Assembly: GCA_964543815.1 (NCBI GenBank) | Contig: CAZIZG010000005.1 | Coordinates: 9,424 to 73,423, forward strand | Length of the DNA stretch: 64,000 nt | Origin: an uncultured Bdellovibrionales bacterium | Lineage (GTDB): Bacteria > Patescibacteriota > Minisyncoccia > Moranbacterales > UBA1568 | Direction of reading: 5' to 3' | Shown here: in pieces, positions 1 through 10,123 of the stretch | Numbering within the stretch: the first letter of the stretch is position 1 | Layout of the letters: each line of letters starts with the position of its first letter | Position numbers and translations under genes: made by a program | Notes under the pieces: generated by a model | What the model saw: the letters and a program-made list of their open reading frames with translations, nothing else | Told to the model about the DNA's origin: nothing | Database searches by the model: none

Positions 1-18
1 GTGTCATATTTCTTTTTT

Positions 19-1725
19 ATGCCTCAGTGGAAGTACAAAATACAGGTGTTATCCGAGAGTACGGGACAGGAGGAGTTTCATCCGGTGACGGAGGCGCTCT
101 TATATGACCGGGGATACCGGACCAAAGAATCGCGGGAGGAATTTTTGGCCCCCAATTTTGATCGGGATATTCATGACCCGTTTCTTTTTCTCGATATGGA
201 GAAAATCGTGGCACGACTCGGTGATGCACGTAAGAATCTAGAAACCGTAGGTGTTTTTGGTGACTTTGATGCTGATGGCGTGACCTCGTCCGTCATCATG
301 CGGGAGGCACTCCAGGCTATCGGAGTTCCGGTTGAAGTCTATATTCCCGAAAAGGTCAATGAGGGCCATGGCTTTAATTTGCTCGCGGTAGATTTTTTTG
401 AGAGTAAGGGTATCAAACTTGTTTTGACGCTTGATTGTGGCATCATGAATCATGAGGTGATTGCTGAAGCGAAGCGGCGTGGTATTGCTACCATTGTCAT
501 CGATCACCATCACGTGCCGGAGGTGATGCCTGATGCTTATGCGATCGTCAACCCCAAGGTACCAACCGAAACCTATCCCTTTCGGGAACTCTGCGGAGCC
601 GGAACGAGCTTCAAGGTGGCCCAGGCTTTGTATCAGCGTTACCTGCCGAAAGAAGTGGATCAGCTCAAATGGTTGCTGGATGTGGTGGCCACTGGTACGG
701 TGGCCGATGTCATGCCACTTATCGGCGAGAACCGCTGTATCGTGAAGTACGGTCTCATAGTGCTTTCTAAAACACGACGCATTGGGTTTCAAGAGATGTT
801 TGCTGTGGGGCGCATCAAGATTGATGAACAGAATTTACCTGATGCCCGGATGATAGGATTTCAAATCGCACCACGAATCAATGCGGCGTCACGAATGGCT
901 CATGCCATGCTGGCTCACCGTCTCCTCATGGAGCGCAATCAGGCAGAAGCTCGAGTGCTGGCACTTGAGCTTGATGACTGTAACGTCAGGCGTCAGAAAG
1001 TGAGTACCGAAGTAACTGATCAGGTGCGCAAAATCGCCCTTGAAAAATTTTTCGATAAAAAATTTATTTTTGCGGCTGATGAACATTTCCCCTATGGAGT
1101 AGTGGGTCTCATCGCTGGTCGGATTGCGAACGAATTCCATAAACCAACCTGTGTCATGACGCGAGGTGAAGTGACGAGCACCGGGTCGTTTCGGAGTATT
1201 CCCGAACTCAATATTATTGAAACCCTTGAGGAGTGCGGCGATATGCTTGAGAAATTTGGTGGTCATGCCCAGGCAGCTGGTATGACTATCCGAAATGACC
1301 GGATGGAGGAATTTTATGAAAAATTTAATGCTTTGGTAGAGAAGAAACTCGTAGATGTGGTGACGGAACCGGAGCAGTGGATCGACCTCGTGGTGAGGCC
1401 CGAGCATCTCACTTCCAAACTGGCGCGGGATCTGCGTGCCTTTGCTCCTTTTGGCGAGGGAAATCCGGAGCCAGTTTTTGCTCTCATGAACATGGTGGTA
1501 CGTGAGGCGCGATTGGTAGGAAATGGCTCCAAACACTGGAAGCTCTCTTTGGTAGAGCAAGGAGGTATCAAGTGTTTCGATGCTATTGGCTTCTCATTTG
1601 GTCAGGCCTTCCCGGACTTGAAGGAGAATGACGTGCTCGATGTGGCCTGTACCCTTGATGAAAATACCTGGAATGGATCGACCTCGCTTCAGCTCAAGCT
1701 GGTCGACATCAAGCGGAAAGATTGA
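19..1725 (+). CDS. recJ: single-stranded DNA-specific exonuclease RecJ
   Basis: GDFDADG, TLDCG, IDHH (DHH), GTVADVMPL, APRINAASR, GGHAQAAG, APFGEGNPEP motifs. ATG at 19 chosen; the frame is open from base 1. Confidence 0.95.
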   Translation: MPQWKYKIQVLSESTGQEEFHPVTEALLYDRGYRTKESREEFLAPNFDRDIHDPFLFLDMEKIVARLGDARKNLETVGVFGDFDADGVTSSVIMREALQAIGVPVEVYIPEKVNEGHGFNLLAVDFFESKGIKLVLTLDCGIMNHEVIAEAKRRGIATIVIDHHHVPEVMPDAYAIVNPKVPTETYPFRELCGAGTSFKVAQALYQRYLPKEVDQLKWLLDVVATGTVADVMPLIGENRCIVKYGLIVLSKTRRIGFQEMFAVGRIKIDEQNLPDARMIGFQIAPRINAASRMAHAMLAHRLLMERNQAEARVLALELDDCNVRRQKVSTEVTDQVRKIALEKFFDKKFIFAADEHFPYGVVGLIAGRIANEFHKPTCVMTRGEVTSTGSFRSIPELNIIETLEECGDMLEKFGGHAQAAGMTIRNDRMEEFYEKFNALVEKKLVDVVTEPEQWIDLVVRPEHLTSKLARDLRAFAPFGEGNPEPVFALMNMVVREARLVGNGSKHWKLSLVEQGGIKCFDAIGFSFGQAFPDLKENDVLDVACTLDENTWNGSTSLQLKLVDIKRKD

Positions 1726-1747
1726 TTTTCTGATACAATAGGGTTAT

Positions 1748-2176
1748 ATGGAAAAAATTGTTATGTACAGCGATGGGGGGTCACGAGGAAATCCGGGACC
1801 GGCGGCAACAGGTGTCTATATTGAGACGCTTGATGTAGCATTTGGTGAATTCCTTGGGACAAAAACTAATAACGAAGCCGAGTACAGCGCTATCATCGCA
1901 GGGCTTAAAAAGATTAAGGCGCTCATCGGCAAGGAGAAAGCCAAGAAAACGAAGGTAGAGTGTCGGATGGACTCGGAACTGGCTTGTAAGCAGCTCAATC
2001 ACGTGTATAAGATAGAGAACGAAAAACTCCAACCTCTTTTTTTTCAGGTCTGGAATCTCATGCTCGATTTTTCGGAAGTACAGTTCGTGCATGTCAGGCG
2101 GGAACTCAATACTCGGGCTGACGCTGAAGCCAACAAAGCCATGGATCTCGCCGCCAAACAAACACCACTTCTCTAA
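1748..2176 (+). CDS. rnhA: ribonuclease HI family protein
   Basis: YSDGGSRGNPGPA, TNNEAEY, DSEL, HVRRELNTRAD motifs. Confidence 0.9.
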   Translation: MEKIVMYSDGGSRGNPGPAATGVYIETLDVAFGEFLGTKTNNEAEYSAIIAGLKKIKALIGKEKAKKTKVECRMDSELACKQLNHVYKIENEKLQPLFFQVWNLMLDFSEVQFVHVRRELNTRADAEANKAMDLAAKQTPLL

Positions 2177-2179
2177 ACT

Positions 2180-3181
2180 ATGTTTACTAAGAAAAAAATC
2201 ATTATCGCCATCCTCGTCATCGTTGCCATAGTCGGCGGGTATTATTTTTTTACACGGCGTGATACGGCGGTGGCAGTGCAAACGGAAACAGTGAAGCGGG
2301 GTGACGTATCGGAAACAGTGAGCGTGACCGGAGAGCTCGTGCCTGAGGAATATGCTGATTTATCGTTTGCTAGCGCCGGGACGATTGATGCGGTTATGGT
2401 AGCGGTTGGCGACAGCGTGACGGAGGGCGATCGAATAGTTTCGCTTGATCGTGAGGTGCTCTTTTCTCAGTTGAAAGAGGCTCGCGTCGTTGCCAGAGTG
2501 GCAGAGCAGACGGAACAGTTGCTTCGTCGAGGACGGACCAATTACGCCCCTGAGGAATTGATGGCCAAGAAACTGCTGTCTGAGCAAGCTCGGGAGAACG
2601 TCCGTACCCTTGAAGCCCAGATGAAAGAAAATGTTTTGATATCGCCGATGACTGGACAGATTTCCAAGTTTGATACTCGAGTGGGCGAGGTAGTAACACT
2701 CGGCAAGGTAATCGCTCGTGTCATCAAACCAGGGAGTTATCTTCTCGAATCACGGGTGCCGGAATCGGATATCGCCAAGATACAAATTGGGATGAAAGCG
2801 CGAATTACCTTCGATGCACTCACGAATGAAGACGTGTTTGAGGGTGCCGTAGAGAGTATTGATCCAGCGGCAACGGTTGTTCAGGATGTGGTGTCCTATA
2901 AGGTAAAGTTTCGCCTGTCTCATTCTGATGAGCGTCTGAAAGAAGGCATGACAGGAAACATTGATGTGGAGACGGCTGAGCGTCAGAACGTGCTCTGGGT
3001 ACCTTATCGAGCCCTTACCAAAGAAGGATCGAAGACCTACGCCGAGGTAAAGCGTGGGCCAACCAACTTTGAAAAAGTGGAAGTAACGACTGGCTTGGAA
3101 GGTGATGAGGGAACCATCGAGGTAAAGACCGGGCTGAAAGAAGGGGATGAGGTGACTATTGGTGCGACCCAGAAAAAATGA
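2180..3181 (+). CDS. efflux membrane-fusion/periplasmic adaptor subunit (MacA/HlyD-like)
   Basis: N-terminal TM anchor, lipoyl-like halves flanking a short coiled coil, ISPMTG, RLKEGMT; adjacent to ABC ATPase and permeases. Confidence 0.85.
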   Translation: MFTKKKIIIAILVIVAIVGGYYFFTRRDTAVAVQTETVKRGDVSETVSVTGELVPEEYADLSFASAGTIDAVMVAVGDSVTEGDRIVSLDREVLFSQLKEARVVARVAEQTEQLLRRGRTNYAPEELMAKKLLSEQARENVRTLEAQMKENVLISPMTGQISKFDTRVGEVVTLGKVIARVIKPGSYLLESRVPESDIAKIQIGMKARITFDALTNEDVFEGAVESIDPAATVVQDVVSYKVKFRLSHSDERLKEGMTGNIDVETAERQNVLWVPYRALTKEGSKTYAEVKRGPTNFEKVEVTTGLEGDEGTIEVKTGLKEGDEVTIGATQKK

Positions 3182-3900
3182 GTTTGATTGCTGTCAACAA
3201 CTTAGAAAAGGTCTACTCGAATGAAGGAGTAGAAACGAGGGCTCTTTTTGGAGCGAACTTTTCTATTGAAAAGGGAGAGTTTATCGCTATCATGGGACCG
3301 TCGGGATCGGGCAAGTCGACCTTGATGCAGGTTTTAGGGCTCCTTGATAGGGCTACTGGAGGTAGTTACAAGCTTGGCGGTAAGGATGTGGCTCAATTTA
3401 CTGATGATGAATTGGCACGTCTGCGCAACAAAGAGGTAGGGTTTATTTTTCAGGCATTCAACCTTCTTCCCAAGACCAGCGTGGCAGAAAATGTTGAATT
3501 GCCTCTTCTGTACGATGATACCCCTGATTCTTCCAATGAAAAACGGATTGAAGAAGCATTGTTGGCGGTAGGTATGTCTCATCGAGCGACGTATCTTTCG
3601 AACCAGCTTTCTGGTGGCGAAAAGCAGCGAGTGGCTATCGCTCGTGCCCTGGTCAATAATCCGGAGATTATTTTTGCTGATGAACCAACTGGAAACCTGG
3701 ATTCCAAATCAGGATTGCAGGTGATGGCTATTTTGCAAAAACTCAATGATGAGGGAAAAACTATTATCCTCGTGACGCATGAGACATCAACGGCCGAGCA
3801 CGCTAAACGTATTTTGCGTATGGTTGATGGTCAGATTGTAGGCGATGAAGTGGTGCCCAGACGACGTTTGGCCTCTGCTGAAACTGAACTGCTCAAGTAG
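3178..3900 (+). CDS. ABC transporter ATP-binding protein (MacB/LolD-like)
   Basis: [33 protein letters not shown]. Confidence 0.93.
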   Translation: MSLIAVNNLEKVYSNEGVETRALFGANFSIEKGEFIAIMGPSGSGKSTLMQVLGLLDRATGGSYKLGGKDVAQFTDDELARLRNKEVGFIFQAFNLLPKTSVAENVELPLLYDDTPDSSNEKRIEEALLAVGMSHRATYLSNQLSGGEKQRVAIARALVNNPEIIFADEPTGNLDSKSGLQVMAILQKLNDEGKTIILVTHETSTAEHAKRILRMVDGQIVGDEVVPRRRLASAETELLK

Positions 3901-3924
3901 CAAGCGTTTGTATTACTCTACGGT

Positions 3925-5166
3925 ATGAAATTTTCTGACCCGATGAAGATAACCTATCGGTCGCTTGCCGCCTCGAAACTCCGGTTTCTTTTGACAGTGC
4001 TCGGTGTGGTGATCGGAGTGGCCGCTGTCATCATGGTGATGGCCATCGGGGCGAGTGCTCAGAAGCTGGTGTTGTCACAGATTGAAAATGTTGGCTCCAA
4101 TCTCGTCGCTATTCTTCCTGGAGCTTCAGAGGAAAAAGGACCGCCGGCTTCAGCACTCGGTATTGTCACAACCACTCTCAAAAATGATGATTTACGTGCG
4201 CTCCGGGAACGACGCAATGTTCCACATCTTTCGGCAGTAACTGGTTATGTCAGTGGTTCGGCTACCGTAGAATCAAGCGTGGCCTCGTTTGAAGCGAGTT
4301 TCCAGGGAGTATCGCCAGAGATGATTGAAGTAGAAAATATTAAGGTAGAACAGGGGCGGTTTTTCTTTCCAGAAGAAGAGAGTGATCTGTCTCGGGTGGT
4401 GGTGCTGGGAGCGAGTCGGGCGGACGATCTCTTTCCTGGACGTAATCCGATTGGAGAAATTGTGAAGATTAAAAAGAATCCATTTAAAGTAGTAGGGGTA
4501 CTTGAGGAGCGCGGATCAGCCGCTTTTTCCAATCCCGACACCCTCATTTTTGTTCCCCTTGAGACCGCTCAGAAGATACTACTTGGTATTGACTATCTGA
4601 ACTTTGCTCGTGGGAAAGTGGATACTCCTGATAATATCGAACGGACCATGGCTGATATGACGCTACTCCTTCGGAAACGTCATGATCTCAAGGAGAATGA
4701 GGAATCTGATTTTTCTGTCCGCAGTACCAAGGCAGCACTCGGTATTCTCACGAGTATTACTGATGTGCTCAAGTATTTTCTGATTGCTATTGCCTCCATT
4801 TCTCTTTTGGTAGGAGGGATTGGTATTATGAACTCCATGCTTATTTCGGTGTCGCAACGGATTCGAGAAATCGGTTTGCGGAAAGCTGTGGGAGGGAGAC
4901 CGGTCCATATCATGACGCAGTTTCTCATCGAATCGTCTTTTGTGACACTCATCGGTGGGGTTATCGGAATTCTGTTTGGTGTTCTCATCGCCTACGTAGC
5001 CGCGCTTATCATTCCGAGTCTAGGATATGATTGGCAGTTCTTGGTACCGCTCTCATCGATTGTCATTGGATTTTCCGTTTCACTCGTTATTGGAATTACG
5101 TTTGGTCTTTACCCGGCTTTCAAAGCTTCTCGAGTCAGTCCGATGGAAGCACTCCGTTATGAATAA
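3925..5166 (+). CDS. ABC transporter permease (MacB/FtsX family)
   Basis: LTVLGVVIGVAAV, VGGIGIMNSM, REIGLRKAVG, PMEALRYE. Confidence 0.92.
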   Translation: MKFSDPMKITYRSLAASKLRFLLTVLGVVIGVAAVIMVMAIGASAQKLVLSQIENVGSNLVAILPGASEEKGPPASALGIVTTTLKNDDLRALRERRNVPHLSAVTGYVSGSATVESSVASFEASFQGVSPEMIEVENIKVEQGRFFFPEEESDLSRVVVLGASRADDLFPGRNPIGEIVKIKKNPFKVVGVLEERGSAAFSNPDTLIFVPLETAQKILLGIDYLNFARGKVDTPDNIERTMADMTLLLRKRHDLKENEESDFSVRSTKAALGILTSITDVLKYFLIAIASISLLVGGIGIMNSMLISVSQRIREIGLRKAVGGRPVHIMTQFLIESSFVTLIGGVIGILFGVLIAYVAALIIPSLGYDWQFLVPLSSIVIGFSVSLVIGITFGLYPAFKASRVSPMEALRYE

Positions 5167-6415
5167 AAAACACTTCATCCCATTTTTCTTTGCGATTCAG
5201 ACGATTCGTACTCACAAAGCACGAACAGCTTTGGCGCTCCTGGGAGTAGTGATTGGTGTCTTTGCGGTAGTAGTAGTGACGAGTCTCGGCGAGGGAGTTA
5301 AAGGTTTTATTTTGGGACAGGTAGAAAGTTTCGGGAGCGATCTTATCCAGGTGGAAGTCAAAATTCCCAACACAACCGCCATGTCGAGTGAGAACTCAAC
5401 TGGTCGAGCCCAAGGGACTCAGATTACGACGCTTACTGTCAAAGATGGTGAAGCTATTGAAAAACTTCCTAATGTGGCAGCGGTCTACGCTGGCACTATC
5501 GGACAGGAGCGGGCCACGTATGACGCAACCGGGAAGCGTATCTCACTTTTTGGAACCGGAGCGGATGTGGCTGAAGTAGACAGTAATTTGAAACTTGAGA
5601 GCGGGCGCTTCTTTACGAGTGAAGAGGACAGGAGTCTCGCTCAAGTGGCGGTGCTCGGGAGTGATATCAAAGAAACGTTTTTTGGATCGAGTGAAGCGGT
5701 CGGGCAGTATATTACTCTCAAAGGGGAGAAATATCGAGTTATTGGTGTTTTGGCATCTCGGGGAGCGGTGGCCTTTCTTAATTTCGATACCTTTACCTAT
5801 GTGCCAGTTCAGACGCTACAAAAAAAGTTGCTGGGAGTGGACTACGTGCAGTTTATTTCTGTTAAAATGGAAAATCCGAATCAAGAGGCTGAAACGGTAG
5901 CTGATATCGTAGCTCTGCTTCGAAAGCGTCACGATATTGATAATCCCGACAAAGATGATTTTTCGGTTACCTCAACCAAGGAAGCGCAAAAAACTTTCAG
6001 CGATATCTTGGGATCACTTTCGATACTGCTCCTCGCTCTCACCTCCATCTCACTCGTAGTTGGTGGGGTTGGTATCATGAACGTCATGTACGTATCGGTT
6101 TCTGAACGTACTTCGGAGATTGGGCTGCGTAAAGCAGTAGGGGCAACATCAGGCAGTATTTTGCAACAGTTTTTGTTTGAGGCACTCATCATCACGCTGG
6201 TCGGAGGACTTATCGGGATTCTGTTTGGGACACTCCTGACACTGCTCCTTGGTGTTGTTTTTGCCTCGTTTGGCTTTGCTTTGCCACTCTCGTTTTCTGG
6301 ACAGTCATTTCTCTTGGGAGTGGGGTTTTCGACCGCAGTGGGGATTATTTTTGGTCTGGCGCCGGCCTATCGGGCAGCCTCACTTACTCCGATGGAAGCC
6401 CTCCGTAAGGATTGA
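5159..6415 (+). CDS. ABC transporter permease (MacB/FtsX family), second paralogue
   Basis: VGGVGIMNVM, SEIGLRKAVGA, PMEALRKD; ATG 5159 overlaps the end of the previous gene. Confidence 0.9.
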   Translation: MNKKHFIPFFFAIQTIRTHKARTALALLGVVIGVFAVVVVTSLGEGVKGFILGQVESFGSDLIQVEVKIPNTTAMSSENSTGRAQGTQITTLTVKDGEAIEKLPNVAAVYAGTIGQERATYDATGKRISLFGTGADVAEVDSNLKLESGRFFTSEEDRSLAQVAVLGSDIKETFFGSSEAVGQYITLKGEKYRVIGVLASRGAVAFLNFDTFTYVPVQTLQKKLLGVDYVQFISVKMENPNQEAETVADIVALLRKRHDIDNPDKDDFSVTSTKEAQKTFSDILGSLSILLLALTSISLVVGGVGIMNVMYVSVSERTSEIGLRKAVGATSGSILQQFLFEALIITLVGGLIGILFGTLLTLLLGVVFASFGFALPLSFSGQSFLLGVGFSTAVGIIFGLAPAYRAASLTPMEALRKD

Positions 6416-6440
6416 CAGTATAGTAAAAAAATGCTATACT
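6412..6440 (+). promoter_or_regulatory. sigma70-type promoter for orphan 6505
   Basis: TTGACA(6412-6417)-17 nt-TATACT(6435-6440). Confidence 0.8.
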
Positions 6441-6504
6441 ATTTTGTCCAGTTTGGACATGTTTTTTATTCCGTCATTGTGACGGAATCAACCAGGAGTC
6501 CTTC

Positions 6505-6864
6505 ATGAACGTACGTGCTTTGGTGGCTGCGGTTGCAGTCACGGTCTCGTTTTCCAGCACAGCTGAAACCATCCTCCTTACCAAGGAGGGCGGTGCGCTC
6601 GACACGCCTACCGTGGCGACGCTCCTCATCGAGTTTCGTCCCAAGCCGGGTGTGAAGGACGAAGCGGCTAAGAAGCTGTTTGAAACAGCTCTCTACGCTT
6701 CTTACGACGAGCCGGGTCAGTTCACTGGCGGCGAGGATTTGCCGCGGTGCGTTCGAACCAAGGCAGCTGCCAACGGCTATGGCACATGGGTGCGCCGAGT
6801 GGTGACAAAAGCCAAGGTGCCGGTGTGGGTCACCAGAATCACCTACAACTGCATCAAGAAATGA
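6505..6864 (+). CDS. orphan secreted protein (119 aa, signal peptide, two Cys)
   Basis: AGGAG SD at 6494-6498, Sec-type signal MNVRALVAAVAVTVSFSSTA, own promoter and terminator. Confidence 0.75.
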   Translation: MNVRALVAAVAVTVSFSSTAETILLTKEGGALDTPTVATLLIEFRPKPGVKDEAAKKLFETALYASYDEPGQFTGGEDLPRCVRTKAAANGYGTWVRRVVTKAKVPVWVTRITYNCIKK

Positions 6865-6907
6865 GACTTCAGAGGTCGTAATCAGCCGGCCACTCAGGTC
6901 AGTCAAT

Positions 6908-6945
6908 AAAAGGGTCACTACCATTGGCCGTGACCCTTCTTCATT
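6908..6945. terminator. likely bidirectional intrinsic terminator
   Basis: AAGGGTCAC(6910-6918)/GTGACCCTT(6930-6938) between convergent genes. Confidence 0.65.
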
Positions 6946-9060
6946 TTATTTTTGATACATCTTGCGGATATCATCAATCGAGAGAGTGGCGCTCTCGGGT
7001 ATATCATTGAGGGTATCGGCGCTCTCCGCTCTATAGGTGGTGATGCGATTCTTTTTCATTTTTTTCGCTTTACTTTCGGGAATCTCTCGTCCGGTTTTTT
7101 TGTCGATGTAGATGGTTTTGCTACTCATCGAATCAAGAGGGCTCGCCAGATGCTTGTCGGACTCTTCTTTGTAGGCGGTAAAGCCGGTTTCGGGATATTG
7201 CTTCAGGGCGGTATTCATGAAATCACGCCAGATGGGAGCGGCAACGAAGATGCCATCAGCTCCGGCATGCATCGGGTGATTATTATTGTTGCCAGCCCAG
7301 ACGGCGACGGCGATGGATGGGGTGTAACCAACGGTCCAGGCGTCGCGGAAATTTTGCGTGGTACCAGTCTTGGCAGCAACTTGTACGCCAGCTGGAAAAG
7401 CGAGCGGACTCTTTGGTCCAAAGATGGGCGTGCGGGCGGCATTGTCCGAGAGGATGGAGCTAATTTTTCTGGCTACTTCTGGATCAAGGACCTGCTTCGA
7501 TTCTAGGAGTTCACGTTTTGCAACTTCGTGACCGTTTCGATCGATGAGGCGGGTGATGGTGGTAGTGGGATGGTTTTTTCCTTCTTGTCCAAAGACGGAA
7601 AAGGCGTTGGCCATATCAAGCGGTCGGACCTCAGCGCCGCCCAAGACGAGTGAAAGGCCATAACGTTTGGGTTCGGTGAGGGTGGTGATACCGAGGTCGG
7701 TTGCGAGTTTGATAGTATCCGCGACACCAGCCAGGGCGAGCGTTTGGACAGCTGGAATATTGAGAGATTGGGCGAGTGCCTGGCGCATGGTCAAGCGTCC
7801 ATGAAATTTTCCGTCGTAGTTTTGGGGGATATAGTCACGACCAGAACCATCGGGACCGAAGTTGGTGAGGGTATCAATGAGAGGTGTTTCTGGTTGAAAG
7901 CCCTTGGTAAAGGCTGTGGCGTAGGCAAATGGTTTGAAGGCAGATCCTGGTTGACGTTTTTCCAACGTAACATTGACATTGCCGTCGATACTTTGGTCAA
8001 AGTAGTCACGCGAACCAACCATGGCAAGAACATCGCCGTTTTTGGCATCGATGGCCACGAGGGCAGCATTACTGGCTCCATGGCTTAGGTTACGCTTCCC
8101 ACCTTCTTGCACGGCTTGTTCAGCGGCTCTCTGAAGATTGAGATCAAGGGTGGTGATGATATGAAGCCCTTTGGTCTGCAGTTCAGATTCGGAATACTGT
8201 TTCTTTAGTTCATCAATGACTGCAAAGACAAAATGGGGGGCGATAATGGAGGTTGTTCTGGGAATAATTTTGGCAAGAGTATCGCCTTCTTCAGCGGTAT
8301 GCCAGTCGTTTCGTGAAATGAAGCCGAGGGTATACATGCGTTCAAGGATATTTTGTTGCCTGGCTCTCAATTCCTCCTGATTGATGCTATAGGGTGAGAA
8401 ATACGTAGGAGCATTGGGAAGAGCAGCGAGCAGCGCACTTTCATCGAGGGAGAGTTCCTTGGCTGATTTCTGAAAAAACATGTGAGCAGCGGATTCGATG
8501 CCATAGGTGTTAGTGCCATAGGGAACCGTATTGAGATACAAATCAAGTACCTCATCCTTGTGAAGTGTGGCATCAATCTTGATAGCGAGAAGCGCTTCGC
8601 GCACTTTACGTTCGAGGGTACGTTCGTTATTTAGGAACAATGCGCGAGCGAGCTGCTGAGTGATAGTGGAGCCACCCTGTTCAATACGGCCACTCATGAC
8701 ATTGGCTCGAAGAGCGCGCAGAATAGAGAGAGGGTCGATGCCATGATGGGTGTAGAAACTAGCATCCTCGGAGGCGATAGTGGCGAGACGGACGGATTCT
8801 GGGATAGCGTCATGGTCCACCAGGATACGGTTTTCCTCGTCGTAGAGTCGATAGAGCTCGGTTTGTCCAGTCCGGTCGTAGAGGATAGTCGGGAGATGGA
8901 AGGGAAAGTTCCGAATCTGACTGATATCCGGTGTTCCGTAACGATAAATAAGGAAGAGGCCGATGATAATGCCGAGTATGGCGAGTAAGGCAAAAAAGAC
9001 CACTTCGGAAAGAATGGTCAGAAGTGGGCTTTTGAACTTAAAATGAGAGAGATTGAACAT
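6946..9060 (-). CDS. class A penicillin-binding protein (PBP1A family)
   Basis: SEDASFYTHHGID, GGSTITQQL, RKVRE transglycosylase motifs; PGSAFKP (SxxK), SLN, KTGT. Confidence 0.95.
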   Translation of the reverse strand: MFNLSHFKFKSPLLTILSEVVFFALLAILGIIIGLFLIYRYGTPDISQIRNFPFHLPTILYDRTGQTELYRLYDEENRILVDHDAIPESVRLATIASEDASFYTHHGIDPLSILRALRANVMSGRIEQGGSTITQQLARALFLNNERTLERKVREALLAIKIDATLHKDEVLDLYLNTVPYGTNTYGIESAAHMFFQKSAKELSLDESALLAALPNAPTYFSPYSINQEELRARQQNILERMYTLGFISRNDWHTAEEGDTLAKIIPRTTSIIAPHFVFAVIDELKKQYSESELQTKGLHIITTLDLNLQRAAEQAVQEGGKRNLSHGASNAALVAIDAKNGDVLAMVGSRDYFDQSIDGNVNVTLEKRQPGSAFKPFAYATAFTKGFQPETPLIDTLTNFGPDGSGRDYIPQNYDGKFHGRLTMRQALAQSLNIPAVQTLALAGVADTIKLATDLGITTLTEPKRYGLSLVLGGAEVRPLDMANAFSVFGQEGKNHPTTTITRLIDRNGHEVAKRELLESKQVLDPEVARKISSILSDNAARTPIFGPKSPLAFPAGVQVAAKTGTTQNFRDAWTVGYTPSIAVAVWAGNNNNHPMHAGADGIFVAAPIWRDFMNTALKQYPETGFTAYKEESDKHLASPLDSMSSKTIYIDKKTGREIPESKAKKMKKNRITTYRAESADTLNDIPESATLSIDDIRKMYQK

Positions 9061-9148
9061 GACGACACTTAGACTGAATTGAGGGTATTATGATACAGTA
9101 GAAGCATCCCAAGCTTCTGTCAACAAAAATCACTTTTCAAGTATTCTT

Positions 9149-9655
9149 ATGAAAATTCCAGTTCGTAAGTCGCTTTATTTTTTTCTTCGCTTCTTTAGTT
9201 TTCCGGTAGTGTGGGAGACATCAGTTGGGGCAGTGGTTTTCCGGATGGTGGACGGGAAGCGGCAGTATCTTCTCCTTCATTATCCGAGCGGTCACTATGA
9301 TTTTGCCAAAGGTCATGTGGAGGCGGGAGAAACTGAGGAAATGACGCTCAGGCGGGAAACAGAGGAGGAGACCGGTATCACGGATCTCGAAGTATTTCCT
9401 CACCGGGTGAGTATTCGCTATTTCTATGTGGCCAAGGGAACGGAGCGGGAGAAGCGGATCAAGCAGGTAGCGGGGCTGTGGATTTTCAAGGAAGTACACT
9501 TCTATCCAGCTCTGACCAAAACGGAAGGAGTGACCATTTCGCATGAACATCAGGGCTATGCTTGGGAGCCTTTTGAGGTAGCCAAGAAACGGGTCACCTT
9601 TGATAACGCCAAGCGGGTACTTCGTGAGACGGAGAAGTATCTTCAAGGGATATGA
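9149..9655 (+). CDS. NUDIX hydrolase (Ap4A hydrolase-like)
   Basis: Nudix box KGHVEAGETEEMTLRRETEEETG; SHEH motif. Confidence 0.88.
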   Translation: MKIPVRKSLYFFLRFFSFPVVWETSVGAVVFRMVDGKRQYLLLHYPSGHYDFAKGHVEAGETEEMTLRRETEEETGITDLEVFPHRVSIRYFYVAKGTEREKRIKQVAGLWIFKEVHFYPALTKTEGVTISHEHQGYAWEPFEVAKKRVTFDNAKRVLRETEKYLQGI

Positions 9656-9659
9656 AATA

Positions 9660-9701
9660 AAGAAGCCGTGCGGTAGAGTGATCTGATGCACGGCTTTTTT
9701 T
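9660..9701. terminator. bidirectional intrinsic terminator
   Basis: AAGCCGTGC(9663-9671)/GCACGGCTT(9688-9696) with T-tract, between convergent genes. Confidence 0.7.
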
Positions 9702-9717
9702 GCGGCGGTCGTGGCCG

Positions 9718-9951
9718 CTAGTAGGACATAGCGCGGAAATGTTCCTTGTCGTCTTCCGCCCGGCGCTTTCGCCACTGCTCCAATTCACCTTCGGTGACCC
9801 CGAGATTTTTCAGGGTATCCGTTCGGGCAGCTTCCTCTTCGGGATTGAGATCCATGAAGAGGTAGCTGGCAGTGCCCCATCCGGCGTGGCCAGAGCGGAG
9901 TGCCTCGACCGTACGGGAGAAAAACTGAACATTGTATGTGGGTTGCGGCAC
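9718..9951 (-). CDS. small orphan protein (77 aa)
   Basis: GTG start with AAGGGA 6 nt upstream; dedicated consensus promoter and downstream terminator. Confidence 0.6.
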   Translation of the reverse strand: MPQPTYNVQFFSRTVEALRSGHAGWGTASYLFMDLNPEEEAARTDTLKNLGVTEGELEQWRKRRAEDDKEHFRAMSY

Positions 9952-10022
9952 GACGTATCCCTTCGTGTTGTGGAGGTACTGGTAGCTATTGGTCTGAAAG
10001 GCGTGATTTCAGCCAATTTTAT

Positions 10023-10051
10023 ATTATACATCTAAAATATGAAAAAGTCAA
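10023..10051 (-). promoter_or_regulatory. sigma70-type promoter for orphan 9951(-)
   Basis: minus strand TTGACT-17 nt-TATAAT. Confidence 0.8.
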
Positions 10052-10123
10052 TAGTTGGACGACATTGGAATTCAGGGGAAAATACTTGATTTTTTAATGG
10101 AATCGGGGTATACTCCGTTTCCT

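Noticed and set aside
6412-6940. Integron gene cassettes as an explanation for the orphans
   Set aside because: No attC-like GTTRRRY/RYYYAAC ends were recognised, the orphans are dispersed, and several carry their own promoters.
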